Positions 20,256 to 31,087 of a stretch of DNA of 64,000 nucleotides are shown one piece after another. The stretch is from NCBI GenBank assembly GCA_041690295.1, contig JAWLHR010000005.1, positions 64,001 through 128,000 of the forward strand. Reading direction: 5' to 3'. The stretch comes from Bdellovibrionales bacterium. GTDB taxonomy: Bacteria; Bdellovibrionota; Bdellovibrionia; Bdellovibrionales; UBA1609. The notes under the pieces are model-generated. The model ran no database searches and was not told where the DNA came from. It saw nothing but the letters and a program-made list of their open reading frames with translations. The translations under genes were made by a program, and so were the position numbers. Numbering within the stretch: position 1 is the first letter of the stretch; each line of letters opens with the position of its first letter.

Positions 20256-20737
20256 CGGCTTTGAGTGAACGATACGCTTTGTCCGCGGGTTTCCTCGACT
20301 CGAACCGTGATCGCGGTCCATGACGGAATCTCCTCAAGTGATTGCATCATCCGGAGGCAGATATAGCGCGCGAGTTCCTCACTGGTCACATTCACGATCG
20401 GAAGACGGAGGCAATCCTCTTCGGGAAAACTATAGGTTTTATGGGCGAATCGAACGTCCACTTGCCCGTCCGAAGCTTTCAGCCGCAGATAGGGAGATTT
20501 TTCCGGAAGAAGGATGCGTTCGTCCAATTCATCACAGATCATCTTGATTCTGGGCTTAACGGCATTGAAGTCAAAGGCCATGCCCAGTTTCGGTTCGATT
20601 TCGGACAATTGGATGTCCACCGTCATTTGATAATTGTGGCCGTGAAGTCGTTCCGCGTGGCGTTCCGAAAGAATCGTGAAGTGCGAGCAGGAAAATTTGA
20701 ATGGTTCTTTGGCCAAATGAACGGTGAACATGATCAC
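20252..20737 (-). CDS. 6-pyruvoyl-tetrahydropterin synthase family protein (ExxHGH, PTPS-III type)
   Basis: [23 protein letters not shown] and VEET; coupled to folE. Confidence 0.88.
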   Translation of the reverse strand: MIMFTVHLAKEPFKFSCSHFTILSERHAERLHGHNYQMTVDIQLSEIEPKLGMAFDFNAVKPRIKMICDELDERILLPEKSPYLRLKASDGQVDVRFAHKTYSFPEEDCLRLPIVNVTSEELARYICLRMMQSLEEIPSWTAITVRVEETRGQSVSFTQSR

Positions 20738-21381
20738 CTTGAGTTTTCAATGGAGAGAAATTCTTGTCGTGTCCGCAAATCCTCTCGGAAGGCGCCCCTT
20801 AAGTCACTGGTCACGGTTTCGGACGCGGCGTCTTCGACTCCGCGCTGGATCACGCAGTAGTGCTTGGCGCGGATGCAAACCGCGACGTCTTCGGTCTCCA
20901 AAGCCACCGTAAGGCAGTCGGCGATCTGTTTGGTCAGTCGCTCCTGCACCTGCGGACGCTGGGCGAAGAACTTGGCGATGCGGTTGATTTTCGAAAGGCC
21001 GATCACTTTGTTCTTCGGAATATAGGCGATGGTGGCCCGGCCATCGATGGTGACGAAATGGTGTTCGCAAACCGAAACGATGGAAACGTCTTTCACCGCC
21101 ACCATCTCATTGTAGCCGAGCTTATTCTCGATGCTGGTGAGTTTGGGAAAATTGGCCGGATCCAGCCCCGAAAAAATCTCTTTCACGTACATACGGGCCA
21201 CCCGCTCGGGGGTTTCCTGAAGACTGTCATCGCTTAAATCAAGGCCCAGGGTTTTCATAATCTCGCGAAAGTGACCGGCGATCTTTTGAATGCGGTCCTC
21301 CGTGGTCATGGCGTTTTCAATCATCGGCGTGGGATGGACTTTTGCGAGAAGTTGCTGAACGTAAGGGTCGATCTTAGACAC
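20734..21381 (-). CDS. folE: GTP cyclohydrolase I
   Basis: [32 protein letters not shown] and HYCVIQRGV; start uncertain. Confidence 0.96.
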   Translation of the reverse strand: MSKIDPYVQQLLAKVHPTPMIENAMTTEDRIQKIAGHFREIMKTLGLDLSDDSLQETPERVARMYVKEIFSGLDPANFPKLTSIENKLGYNEMVAVKDVSIVSVCEHHFVTIDGRATIAYIPKNKVIGLSKINRIAKFFAQRPQVQERLTKQIADCLTVALETEDVAVCIRAKHYCVIQRGVEDAASETVTSDLRGAFREDLRTRQEFLSIENSR

Positions 21382-22426
21382 GAGAAGCCTGCCTTGATTT
21401 GCGTGCATAGGTAATTGAGGAAACCACGGAAAGACCGATCAGAATCGCGCCGATCAGTCCCGTAACGACTTCAGGCACATGGATGACCACGTCCGCCAAC
21501 ATCATGACCGCCAGCGCGCCGATGGCATAAAAAGCGCCATGCTCAAGATAGCGGAACTGGCTGAGAGTTTCCTTTTCAACCAGGAGAATGGTCATGCTCC
21601 GCACGAACATGGCGCCGATACCAAGCCCCGCGGCGATGATGAAAAGATTATTTGTGAGTGCGAAAGCGCCGACCACACCGTCAAAACTGAACGACGCGTC
21701 CAGGATCTCAAGATAGAGAAACAAGGCGGCGCTGGCCTTTCCCATGTCATGGGAAGTGGATGTGGGCATTTTCAAAAGTGAACTGACACCATCCACTGTG
21801 ACGAAGGTTAAAACGCCGAAAATGCCCGCGGAGATGAAGGCCACTTGTTCCGACGGATCATGAAGAAACCGACTCATGCCATAAATCGTGAGCAGGCAGA
21901 TGGCCAACTCGGTGGATTCGATTTTGCCCATGCGAACCAGCGGTTGTTCGATGAGTTGAATCCAGTGGACATCTTTTTCGCGGTCAAAAAAGTATTTAAG
22001 CGCCACCATGAGCAAAAAGCTTCCGCCAAAGCCCGCCAACACGTGATGGGATGACAACATCACTTTGGCGTATTCATCGGGTCTGGTCGCCGCCAAAACC
22101 ACGGCATCCCACGGATTGACGTTGGCGATGATCGAAACGATGGCCACGGGAAAGACGATCCGCATGCCGAAGACCGCGATCAAAATTCCCCAAGTGATGA
22201 ATCGGTGCCGCCACTTCGGCGTCATTTCCCGCAAAATGGCCGCGTTCACTACGGCGTTGTCAAAAGAGAGTGAAACTTCAAGGATCGAAAGAATAAAGGT
22301 GAGAAACATGGCGGAGAGCGCCCCTTGAAGCGTCCCCGAATATAACCAGCCAACCCAGGCTCCAACGGCCAGTCCCAGTATTGTGACCGCAATCGAGCCG
22401 AGGAAATATTGTTTAACGATTTTCAC
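21374..22426 (-). CDS. DUF475 / TerC-like integral membrane protein
   Basis: [30 protein letters not shown] and [10 protein letters not shown]. Confidence 0.9.
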   Translation of the reverse strand: MKIVKQYFLGSIAVTILGLAVGAWVGWLYSGTLQGALSAMFLTFILSILEVSLSFDNAVVNAAILREMTPKWRHRFITWGILIAVFGMRIVFPVAIVSIIANVNPWDAVVLAATRPDEYAKVMLSSHHVLAGFGGSFLLMVALKYFFDREKDVHWIQLIEQPLVRMGKIESTELAICLLTIYGMSRFLHDPSEQVAFISAGIFGVLTFVTVDGVSSLLKMPTSTSHDMGKASAALFLYLEILDASFSFDGVVGAFALTNNLFIIAAGLGIGAMFVRSMTILLVEKETLSQFRYLEHGAFYAIGALAVMMLADVVIHVPEVVTGLIGAILIGLSVVSSITYARKSRQASRV

Positions 22427-22469
22427 ATTTGGTATTTAAGCCAGCCCCATGACCTGGGCAAGCGCCTTT

Positions 22470-23042
22470 TCAACAGTTTTCGGCCATCAATTCAGTGATT
22501 TGACGATAGTGTTCCTCTTGAAATTTTTCGCTTTCGGTAAAATGGCCTCTGTACACCAAACGACCATCTTTTCCGAAAATAAGGGTGTACGGCACGGCCC
22601 GCCATCCCTTTAAAATCGGCTCTCGGGCCTTGTTTCGAGTGGCCACGAGTTCATAGTAAGTTTTGTCCAAAAAAACGATTTGCACGGATTCTAGGGGCAC
22701 GCCGAGGCTGATCAACTCCGTCCGCACGAACTCATCGAATGTCTTGCGGTTGTCGGTTCCCGGCCGTTTGTAAGCCACCAGCATGAGTTGCAGACGCTCG
22801 GTGTCCCAGGTTTTGCTGGTTAACAATGAACCGATACGGATGAGGTCTTCTTTGCAAAACGGGCAGGAAGCGCGGAAAAACCGAACCACCTGAATTTTTC
22901 CGGGCTCGGGCTTAAGATTGAAATGGCTCAGATCGGCGGCCGTCACGGGAGTGGCGCCGCAGGTTTTGTTAAATTCCGGCCTTGGATTTTCGGGCTTCGC
23001 CGATTTCGATGCACAGCCCGCCGCGATCAGACCGATGGCCAT
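22470..23042 (-). CDS. Thioredoxin-like lipoprotein
   Basis: AAGC lipobox; CPFC; cis-Pro loop AVPYTLIFGKDG; TAATG coupling to cls. Confidence 0.75.
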   Translation of the reverse strand: MAIGLIAAGCASKSAKPENPRPEFNKTCGATPVTAADLSHFNLKPEPGKIQVVRFFRASCPFCKEDLIRIGSLLTSKTWDTERLQLMLVAYKRPGTDNRKTFDEFVRTELISLGVPLESVQIVFLDKTYYELVATRNKAREPILKGWRAVPYTLIFGKDGRLVYRGHFTESEKFQEEHYRQITELMAENC

Positions 23043-24157
23043 TACGCCCAATATTTTAGTAAAATGAAAAATGATCCCACCCACCTTTGCCAAATAGGTA
23101 AATTCGCCCATTCCGATCTGTCAAAGGGTTCCGATGCTTTTTGGTCTTCAAGATAGGTGGCTTCCAACTGTGCCTTTGTCTCGTCATTGGTGATCACCAC
23201 ATCCATTTCGAGATCATGCAAAAAACTGCGGTGATTCAGGTTACTGGAACCGATGCACATCCAGTCGTCGGCGATGAAAATCTTCTGGTGCGCGAAACGC
23301 GGTTGGTAAATGAAAATTTTGGCGCCGTGGTTCGCGAGATCTTTAAGCAAAGGCAAACTGATCCAATGCATAAAAAAGATGTCGTTTTTCTGCGGAATAA
23401 TCAAACGGACATCAAGGCCGGCTTTCGCTTGCTTGACGAGAAGTCGTAACACGGTTCCGATGGGAACGAAGTAAGGGGTGGCCAACCAAATACGGCGCTG
23501 GGCTTTTTTCAATTGCTGGATGATCTGATTGCGTGTGCTCCGCTTGTGTAAATAAGAGTCGTTCAGCAGGAGCAGTCGGGGACTGCGCGCGGGAAGATTG
23601 AACGCGGTCCAACCCCGATAAGCGCGTTGGAAGGCGCGGCGGGCGTATTTCAAATCGCCTCCGCGCACCCGGATTCCGATATCTTTCCACGCGTCTTCTC
23701 CGGTCAATTCCTGCAAGTGCACGTCGCTGATATTGAAACTTCCGACGTAAAGTTCTTCGTTATCGATCAGACAAAATTTGCGGTGGTTGCCGTGATTCAT
23801 TTGCCGCCACCGCAGCAGCAAGCGTTTGAAAAAACTGTTGGGATCACCCGGGAGTTTCCGCAGGATGAAGGGAAAAACCCGGTAAAACCGGACCTTAATG
23901 CCCGCGGCTTTGAGTTGTGGCCAATAATCCCACATGAAATTGGGCGAGCCCCAGCCGTCGATCAAGAGGCGCACCTGAACGCCCCTTCGCGCGGCTTCGA
24001 TCAATTCACCGATGATCCGGTCCCCGAGCACGCCTTTGACGACAATGTAACATTCCAATTCAATGGAAGAACGGGCGCGGCGAATGGACTTCACCAGCTC
24101 ATCAAAGAATTTGTCCCCCGAAGTAAACAGAGTCTCTTCAGTCCAGCGCGCGACCAT
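23042..24157 (-). CDS. Phospholipase D family, cardiolipin synthase B-like
   Basis: Two HKD motifs, HRKFCLID...GSFN and HQKIFIAD...GSSN; TPYF. Confidence 0.9.
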   Translation of the reverse strand: MVARWTEETLFTSGDKFFDELVKSIRRARSSIELECYIVVKGVLGDRIIGELIEAARRGVQVRLLIDGWGSPNFMWDYWPQLKAAGIKVRFYRVFPFILRKLPGDPNSFFKRLLLRWRQMNHGNHRKFCLIDNEELYVGSFNISDVHLQELTGEDAWKDIGIRVRGGDLKYARRAFQRAYRGWTAFNLPARSPRLLLLNDSYLHKRSTRNQIIQQLKKAQRRIWLATPYFVPIGTVLRLLVKQAKAGLDVRLIIPQKNDIFFMHWISLPLLKDLANHGAKIFIYQPRFAHQKIFIADDWMCIGSSNLNHRSFLHDLEMDVVITNDETKAQLEATYLEDQKASEPFDRSEWANLPIWQRWVGSFFILLKYWA

Positions 24158-24167
24158 TCCCGCCAGA

Positions 24168-24896
24168 TTAGACGGCTTTCAACTGCGGGTAAAGCTCCAT
24201 GAATTGTTTATAACCGCTTATGATGTCGCTTAGACGATGACCTTCTTCATCCAGCGTTTTGCGGTCGAAGAAAATGATGTGTAGGCGCTCGCGACCGTCC
24301 GTTTGTTCCTTGCGCACCTTGAGCACGGCCATCATGGGAATCGGAAAGGCCGGCGGTTGGGTGCGGAAGGTGACGATGAAAGGCGGAGACACTTCATCCC
24401 TTTGGGTGTTCCGGCAAACCTCATCCATTTTCTGCTCGCCTTGCTCACTGATCAGCTCCGAGATGGGGCGTCCAATAAGATCTTGCCGGCTTTGCATGCC
24501 CAGGGTGCTAACCAGGCGGTCGTTGACATCTTCGACCTTGCGGGTTTCGCAGTCGACGATAAGGAATCCGGCGTGTCCACCCTCGACAAAGTGCTCGTAA
24601 AGAGCCTGCCAATTGTGATGGTGGTCTCCCGACGGCTGGCCCGGACGGTTCAACAACTCCAAGAAGGATTCAAGATTAAAGGGCGTGTGTTTACTGAGGC
24701 CGTAAAACTTCACCAGCTTCATCAGTGTGTCCAGGCGCAGGTTGATTTTTCCGCCCTCGATGTTCTGGTAATGGCGGTAGTCGATCTTCATGTTTTGCGC
24801 GGCTGTAACTTGAGACAGACCCATCTCTTTGCGTGTGGTTTTTAAGGTCTGCCCCAATTCCTTCAAGAATGTGTCCATTTCGCTATCGATTGCCAT
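24168..24896 (-). CDS. XRE-type HTH regulator with C-terminal PAS-like domain
   Basis: RKEMGLSQ...YQNIEGGKINLRLDTL; VNDRLVSTLG...DLIGRPISELI. Confidence 0.78.
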   Translation of the reverse strand: MAIDSEMDTFLKELGQTLKTTRKEMGLSQVTAAQNMKIDYRHYQNIEGGKINLRLDTLMKLVKFYGLSKHTPFNLESFLELLNRPGQPSGDHHHNWQALYEHFVEGGHAGFLIVDCETRKVEDVNDRLVSTLGMQSRQDLIGRPISELISEQGEQKMDEVCRNTQRDEVSPPFIVTFRTQPPAFPIPMMAVLKVRKEQTDGRERLHIIFFDRKTLDEEGHRLSDIISGYKQFMELYPQLKAV

Positions 24897-25067
24897 ATTT
24901 TTGGGCTCCAGTTCACAAGTTCATAAACTTATAACTACATGAAAGTTCTTGTAAAAACAATAGATCCGGTCGGGGGCAAAGATGGACATATTCGATTGGC
25001 AAAAAATAACGGAGATTTATCTCTGAGCCGGTTGAGCGACGTGATGCAATATGCGTCTTTTTTGGAC

Positions 25068-26033
25068 TTACTTTAAATTTTCAACGCTTAAAACGGAGGC
25101 GCGAAGAAGTCGGTCCAACACCGCTTCCCAGTCGGTGGACAGGTGCGATGGCTGAAGCCTTACGCAAATCGCGTGACCAGGGCCCGTGAGCAAGCGAAAG
25201 GAGTGATAGATCTCCCGTGCGGCTTGCCGGGGATCTTCGGGAAGTGTCAGCCATTGCAGTTTTACAATGTTTTGGTTTAGTCGCGCGGCGATATATTTCT
25301 TCAAATCTTCTTCGGAAAAATTATTTTTTACGATCACAACGGGACTTTCAGGTTGGTAATGGGCCGGTGTGTGTCCGGGTGTGGCTTTTGATTCCACTCG
25401 AATGATGGTGTGGGGAATTTTCTTTTGCGAAAGGACATGGGCGATTTGATCGCGGGAAACTCCGCCGGGACGAAGGATTTCAATTCGCCACTTGTCACCC
25501 TCTTGAACCGCTCTAAGAACGGTGCTTTCAAGTCCCACTTCGCAAGCTCCGCCGTCCACGACTGGAATTTTATCCTGAAACTCATCAATCACATCTTGCG
25601 CCCGCGTGGGACTGGTGCGACCGAAACGATTGGCTGACGGCGCGGCCAGAGGAACACCGAGTTCCTGCAGAATCTTTCTCGCGATGGGATGATTGGGCGA
25701 ACGCAGAGCCACGGTTTCAAGACCGGCGGTGATCAAGTGGGAGACCGCCTCGGTTTTCGGAACGATCAATGTGAGAGGTCCCGGCCAAAACGCATCCGTC
25801 AATGTGTCGTACACTGGTGGCCATTCGCGGGCGAGGCTTTTCGCCTGATCCTTGTTTTCGATGTGAACAATGAGTGGATCAAAAAAGGGGCGTGATTTCA
25901 CCTCGAAGATCCGGCGAAGCGCGCGTTCATCGTCGATTCGGCCGGCCAAGCCGTAAACCGTCTCGGTTGGTATCGCGACCAATTCGCCGCGTTTGAGGCG
26001 CTCCACCGCGTCTTCAGGAGTGATTAATGGCAT
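25068..26033 (-). CDS. L-threonylcarbamoyladenylate synthase (Sua5/TsaC)
   Basis: PTETVYGL, KSRPFFDPLIVH, FWPGPLT, AAPSANRFG and ILRPGG. Confidence 0.95.
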   Translation of the reverse strand: MPLITPEDAVERLKRGELVAIPTETVYGLAGRIDDERALRRIFEVKSRPFFDPLIVHIENKDQAKSLAREWPPVYDTLTDAFWPGPLTLIVPKTEAVSHLITAGLETVALRSPNHPIARKILQELGVPLAAPSANRFGRTSPTRAQDVIDEFQDKIPVVDGGACEVGLESTVLRAVQEGDKWRIEILRPGGVSRDQIAHVLSQKKIPHTIIRVESKATPGHTPAHYQPESPVVIVKNNFSEEDLKKYIAARLNQNIVKLQWLTLPEDPRQAAREIYHSFRLLTGPGHAICVRLQPSHLSTDWEAVLDRLLRASVLSVENLK

Positions 26034-26047
26034 GTTGCGGTCATAAT

Positions 26048-26719
26048 CTAGAAGGGACGAGACGTCACCTGGGATCTAAAGACTTCAAGGTAGGGAATGA
26101 ACCAGGAGTAGATTTTCAGGTCCTCGGCGGTCGGAACCGCCCCTCGCGTGAAGTAGGCATACAGGGCCTCGACCTCTTTTAACGAGACTTTCACGTAACC
26201 TTCGTAATTATTGGCGGGGAGCCAGCGCGCGAACCGATGGGTTTCGCTGTAATAAACTTGCGAGAGAACTTCGCACTTACGTTGATAGGCCTTACGCGGA
26301 ATACGAACCACTTTTTCAGCGAAACAATTGTAAGCGACGCTCCACACATCGTGTGAAGGTGAAAAAGCGCGATGAACAGCCAGACAAACGTCCTGGTGAT
26401 GGGGGTGGCCGTACTCGCCGAGAATTCCATGGGTGAAAACTTCGCCGGCGTTCTCGTTTTTTAGGCGCTGTGTAAGTTTGGGCACGTCGATTCGCGCGTC
26501 AAAGCGATCAGGGAAGTTCCACATTTCCGCGATATTCGCGCCCAGCTTTTTGCACGCGGCAAGAAAATCGAGTTTACGGCGTTCGCCGACTCCGTCCGCG
26601 TTGCCATCGGTGACGCAAATGATTTTCCAGGGGCGGCGGCGATAGGTTTGAACGAGACCGCCAAAGAAAATGGTTTCGTCATCGGGATGGGCCACAATGA
26701 TCAAGTTATGCTTTTTCAT
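26048..26719 (-). CDS. PIG-L/LmbE family deacetylase
   Basis: VAHPDDE and GEYGHPHH. Confidence 0.88.
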   Translation of the reverse strand: MKKHNLIIVAHPDDETIFFGGLVQTYRRRPWKIICVTDGNADGVGERRKLDFLAACKKLGANIAEMWNFPDRFDARIDVPKLTQRLKNENAGEVFTHGILGEYGHPHHQDVCLAVHRAFSPSHDVWSVAYNCFAEKVVRIPRKAYQRKCEVLSQVYYSETHRFARWLPANNYEGYVKVSLKEVEALYAYFTRGAVPTAEDLKIYSWFIPYLEVFRSQVTSRPF

Positions 26720-26736
26720 CGCACCTCACCTCCATT

Positions 26737-27345
26737 ATGATTCTTAATATGCGAATGCGAATCGGTAAAGACGAGAACGAATGGGTGAAGCAAGCCTGGA
26801 CCTGGATTCACGACGAAATTTCGCCAGGACAAAGCGTGTTCGTTCCCGCGGGGGGCACGCCAACCCCGCTTTACCGACGTTGGATGCAAGAGCCCACCAG
26901 TCTCTTGCGAGGTCTTCGACTTCTTCAGTTGGATGAAATCATCTCAGGCGAGCGCAAAGGCGAGTTTCGCGCGTTTTTTCAACGCGAGTTACCGGCCTAT
27001 CTTCCACAGTTCGAATGGATCAGCACGGCGGAAAGCGTGGCCGATGTGGCGATTCTCGGCGTGGGCGTGAATGGGCATGTGGCTTTTCATGAACCCGGTC
27101 TCCCGCGCGATTTCGCCGGCGGTTGCGTGCGATTGAGTCAGGAGACACTTTCGTATTTGGACTTACCCGATCCCACTTGGGGTCTCACTTACGGTGTGGC
27201 CACTTTCATGCGGGCGAAGAAAATTCTGGTCCTTGCCCGAGGCGCCAACAAAAAAGCCGTGATCGAACAGGCCACTCGCGAAAAAAATCTTCCCATCTCG
27301 TGGATTCTTGAACATCACGATGTGACGTTGGTCACTGATTTTTAA
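26737..27345 (+). CDS. Glucosamine-6-phosphate deaminase-like protein (NagB/6PGL family)
   Basis: PAGGTP, QLDE, LGVGVNGHVAFHEPG and ARGANK. Confidence 0.8.
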   Translation: MILNMRMRIGKDENEWVKQAWTWIHDEISPGQSVFVPAGGTPTPLYRRWMQEPTSLLRGLRLLQLDEIISGERKGEFRAFFQRELPAYLPQFEWISTAESVADVAILGVGVNGHVAFHEPGLPRDFAGGCVRLSQETLSYLDLPDPTWGLTYGVATFMRAKKILVLARGANKKAVIEQATREKNLPISWILEHHDVTLVTDF

Positions 27346-28504
27346 CGGGCTGCCCGATCGCCGGTGGTAACGGTTGGCCGGGTGGTTGTTGATTGGCGGG
27401 CGGCAGAGGTTGCCCAGGAACGTGCGACGTGGCCGGTACCGTTCCTGCCGGCGGAATGGGAACCGGAAGAAGTCGCCTGTCGTTCGACGGAACTTGAATT
27501 TGAGGAAACAGGTCCTGACGATTCATATTCGGCCAGGGGCGAACGCCTTTCGGCCACACGGGTATTGGCGGATTGGCCGAAGTTTGAGTGGGCGGCATGG
27601 AGTATCCGCCGCCACCACCGACCTCGCGCACGGCACCTCCGAAGTCAGGTAAGGCGGGAATCCCGCCGCCGATACTTCCGCCACTCACGGGCATGGTCAA
27701 AGCTGGGCGAGCCATTGGCAAAATATTTTGTAAAGCGCTTTGCAAACTCGCCGTTTGTTGCCCCAGCGTATTGTTGTTGGCGATCGGCATATCGACTTGA
27801 GGACCGAGTTTAGGAATATTCGGATTTCCCGAACAGGCCACCGAGGGACCAGTGAACGGATCCGGCCCACCATTGAAGACGTGCTGACGCATCCATTCGT
27901 AGTGTTGCGGGCATGCGGCTTTCAAATGATCCGGTGAATGCAAGTAGATCGCGAACACTTCCGCGAATTCCTCATTGCGGGGACTCTTGTTCGTGTTGTT
28001 GGTGGAGTAATCGGTGATGGCACAGCGCTGAGGCAGATTTTGTTTGTAAGCTTTGTAGTAGCCGCGATTCCCCACTATATGACCCAGCTCATGGGAGAAG
28101 TGGGCCAGCGTGCGGCGAGGATCGTCGTGTCGATAACAGTTCACCACCAGATTAATGGTGTTGGCGTTGGGGACATTGCTGGAACAGGTCGCGCCAGAAG
28201 GTTTACCGCCCGGGTAAACATTGATGGTGATATGGCTGACGATGTTCTTGTGCAGTCCCAAATCCGTGGCCCGTTTGAGAACTCCGGGAATCAGAACCTT
28301 GTGGTGAGGGTAAAGTGAATGGCTCGGATCTTTGGCATTGTTAATGGTGATCTTATAACTCTTCAGATCATCTTCCACCTGGGAATAATGACTGGGATGA
28401 AAGCATCCCGGATTCATGAGTTGAGATGAAAATCCGGCGACGGCGGCGATAGCGGATTTTAAAAAAAGATTCGAAAAAACAAAGGCAAAGAAAAAAGACC
28501 GCAT
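27332..28504 (-). CDS. Secreted HExxH zinc metallopeptidase-like protein with Pro/Gln-rich tail
   Basis: Signal peptide; HELGH...EEFAEVF; C-terminal PGQPLPPA twice. Confidence 0.7.
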   Translation of the reverse strand: MRSFFFAFVFSNLFLKSAIAAVAGFSSQLMNPGCFHPSHYSQVEDDLKSYKITINNAKDPSHSLYPHHKVLIPGVLKRATDLGLHKNIVSHITINVYPGGKPSGATCSSNVPNANTINLVVNCYRHDDPRRTLAHFSHELGHIVGNRGYYKAYKQNLPQRCAITDYSTNNTNKSPRNEEFAEVFAIYLHSPDHLKAACPQHYEWMRQHVFNGGPDPFTGPSVACSGNPNIPKLGPQVDMPIANNNTLGQQTASLQSALQNILPMARPALTMPVSGGSIGGGIPALPDFGGAVREVGGGGGYSMPPTQTSANPPIPVWPKGVRPWPNMNRQDLFPQIQVPSNDRRLLPVPIPPAGTVPATSHVPGQPLPPANQQPPGQPLPPAIGQPVKNQ

Positions 28505-28512
28505 CAATGAAT

Positions 28513-28540
28513 TGATCGGTCTGAATGCGTTTCAACTTAA
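28513..28540 (-). promoter_or_regulatory. Candidate sigma28 (FliA) promoter
   Basis: Minus strand TTAAG-N15-ACCGATCA just upstream of the HExxH gene. Confidence 0.5.
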
Positions 28541-28566
28541 GACAAACCTCGATCATGGTCTTGGCG

Positions 28567-28596
28567 AAAAAAAACCCAGCCCTCTCGAGCTGGGTT
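28567..28596 (-). terminator. Intrinsic terminator of the RRM gene
   Basis: Minus strand AACCCAGC-loop-GCTGGG followed by T8. Confidence 0.8.
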
Positions 28597-28625
28597 GTCA
28601 TCAAAGTCTTTTACAAGGCCCGATG

Positions 28626-28955
28626 TTAATAGCGATTGCCGCCGTTGCCGAATCCGCGACCACGGCCACCGCCGCGGCCACCAAAGCCACCGCGTCCCTC
28701 ACGGGGAGCCTGCGGTCGTGCTTCGGAGACGGTCAAATTGCGTCCGCCAATCGATTGTCCGTTCATGCTTTCAATCGCTTTATTGGCTTCTTCATCGCTG
28801 GACATTTCAACGAAACCGAAGCCTTTGCTGCGACCGGTGTCACGATCCGTGATCACACGAGCGGACTCCACTTTGCCGAAGGATGAAAACTGGCTCTCCA
28901 GAGCCGCATCATCAACGGAGTAGGGAAGGTTCCCTACATATAACTTTTTACCCAT
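28626..28955 (-). CDS. RRM RNA-binding protein with Gly-rich tail
   Basis: RNP2 LYVGNL, RNP1 KGFGFVEM and RGG tail. Confidence 0.95.
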   Translation of the reverse strand: MGKKLYVGNLPYSVDDAALESQFSSFGKVESARVITDRDTGRSKGFGFVEMSSDEEANKAIESMNGQSIGGRNLTVSEARPQAPREGRGGFGGRGGGRGRGFGNGGNRY

Positions 28956-29128
28956 TAATCTCTCCTCTTTGGCCGAACTTACAAGCCACTGAGAAAGACT
29001 GAAAGGCACCATGCACTTCGTTTCTGTGGCGGATCGGGACCAAAATACTAAAAATAAGTTTAGCCCACCCGCGGAGAGTACAGCAAGGGGAATCCGCTCC
29101 AGGAAGGACTTTCAAGGCTTTTTAAACT

Positions 29129-31039
29129 CTAATCCTCATCATTTCCGCCTCCGCGGATAATGCTGCGCTGGTTGGCCTTTAAAATCTTCTTACGCATACG
29201 AATGTTCTTGGGAGTTACCTCAATCCATTCGTCTTGCTCGATCCATTCAATACAGCGCTCAAGCGTCATCTCGCGAATGCCCTTTAAAGCAACGTAATGA
29301 TCGCTGCCCGCGGCCCTGACGTTGGTGAGTTTCTTTTCCCGAGTGGGATTTACGTTGAGATCGTTCTCTTTATTGAATTCTCCAATGATCATGCCCTCAT
29401 AGACCTCAACTCCGGGTTTAATAAACATCACCCCGCGGTCATCGAGATTGAGGAGAGCGTACTCAGTCGCCAGGCCATCCCGATCGGCGATCATCGCGCC
29501 ATTGGGACGGTGGAGCATTTCCCCCTTCCACTCCGTATAGCCCACCATTTGAGAGGAGAAGAGTCCTTCACCTTTTGTAGCGGTCAGGTACTTGGTGCGC
29601 ATACCGAGGAGACCGCGGGTGGGAATTTCAAATTCCAGTCGGACCCGGTTTTGAGTGCCCGAAGGGCCTGAATGGGTGCCAACGGCTTCGTAGGCCATTA
29701 AAATGCCTTTACGCTCTTGAAACATTCGCGTCACATCACTGGCAAATTCTTCCGGAAGATCTAAAGTCGCACGCTCCAAAGGTTCGTACTTCTTACCGTT
29801 TTCCGTTTTAATCAGAACCTCAGGACGGCCCACCATGAATTCGGCGCCTTCACGGCGCATTTGCTCGATCAAGATGGCGAATTGCAATTCGCCACGGCCG
29901 AGAATGCGAAATTGGTCAGGAGAACCGGTCTCTTCGAAACGCACGGCCACATTATGGCGAACTTCGCGAAGCAATCGCTCGCGCAATTTGCGCGATTGGA
30001 CCGCTTCGCCGTCCCGGCCCGAAAAAGGTGATGTATTCACCGAGAAAATCATCGCCAACGTGGGTTTATTCACTTCAATCCGGGGCAAACGGGCCGTGGT
30101 TTCCTCGCCGCCGACCGTGTCGCCGATTTGGAAATCTTCGCAACCCGCGACCACGCCCACATCACCCGCGTGCAATGACTTCACTTCCACTTGAGTCAAA
30201 CCGGAATAACGGAAGAGTTTAGTCACCGTGAACGGCTCAACCACAGGCTCGCCGCTTTCTTTGACTCCCATGCGGTAAGCGCGCTGTCCGACCTGAAGTT
30301 CTCCCGAAAGGATGCGGCCCACGGCCAATCGGCCGACGAAATCCGACCATCCTAGATTCGCCACAAGCATCTGGAATGATTTTTCAGTTCCCAGCTTGGG
30401 CGGGGGGATGGTTTTTACGATCAAATCGAATAACGGTTGGAGCGAGCCCTTCTTTTCACCCGATAACAGAGCGGGAACCTCATCCGGGTCGGTGGTGCAC
30501 CAACCGTTTCGGGCGGTGGCGTAGACAATGGGAAAATCCGCTTGTTCTTCGGTGGCGCCCAAATCGATGAAAAGATCGAAGGCCTGATTGATGACTTCTT
30601 TGGTCCGAATCCCGTCGGCGCATTCGGGCCGGTCCACCTTGTTCACGCAAAGAATGATGCGATGGCCGCGCTCCAGGGCTTTCTGGAGAACGAAGCGCGT
30701 TTGCGGCAGAGGACCTTCGGCCGCGTCCACCAAAAGCACGGCGCCATCCACCATGCTCAAAATGCGCTCGACCTCACCGCCGAAGTCCGCGTGCCCCGGA
30801 GTGTCCACGATATTGACCCGGATGTCCTTATAGGTGAAGGCGGCGTTTTTCGCCTGAATCGTGATTCCACGCTCCCGTTCGAGATCCATGGAATCCATGA
30901 CCCGGTCTTCGACTTGGGCCCGTTCGGAAAAAGCTCCGCTTTGGCGTAAAAGGTGATCGACCAGGGTGGTCTTGCCATGGTCAACGTGCGCGATAATACA
31001 AATGTTCCTAATATTCTCGATATTCTCGTGATTTTGCAT
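29129..31039 (-). CDS. typA: Translational GTPase TypA/BipA
   Basis: [37 protein letters not shown] and [11 protein letters not shown]. Confidence 0.97.
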   Translation of the reverse strand: MQNHENIENIRNICIIAHVDHGKTTLVDHLLRQSGAFSERAQVEDRVMDSMDLERERGITIQAKNAAFTYKDIRVNIVDTPGHADFGGEVERILSMVDGAVLLVDAAEGPLPQTRFVLQKALERGHRIILCVNKVDRPECADGIRTKEVINQAFDLFIDLGATEEQADFPIVYATARNGWCTTDPDEVPALLSGEKKGSLQPLFDLIVKTIPPPKLGTEKSFQMLVANLGWSDFVGRLAVGRILSGELQVGQRAYRMGVKESGEPVVEPFTVTKLFRYSGLTQVEVKSLHAGDVGVVAGCEDFQIGDTVGGEETTARLPRIEVNKPTLAMIFSVNTSPFSGRDGEAVQSRKLRERLLREVRHNVAVRFEETGSPDQFRILGRGELQFAILIEQMRREGAEFMVGRPEVLIKTENGKKYEPLERATLDLPEEFASDVTRMFQERKGILMAYEAVGTHSGPSGTQNRVRLEFEIPTRGLLGMRTKYLTATKGEGLFSSQMVGYTEWKGEMLHRPNGAMIADRDGLATEYALLNLDDRGVMFIKPGVEVYEGMIIGEFNKENDLNVNPTREKKLTNVRAAGSDHYVALKGIREMTLERCIEWIEQDEWIEVTPKNIRMRKKILKANQRSIIRGGGNDED

Positions 31040-31087
31040 TTGAGGGGAAGACCTTAAGCGGATCATCCCCTCTGCGGCAATGAAAAT

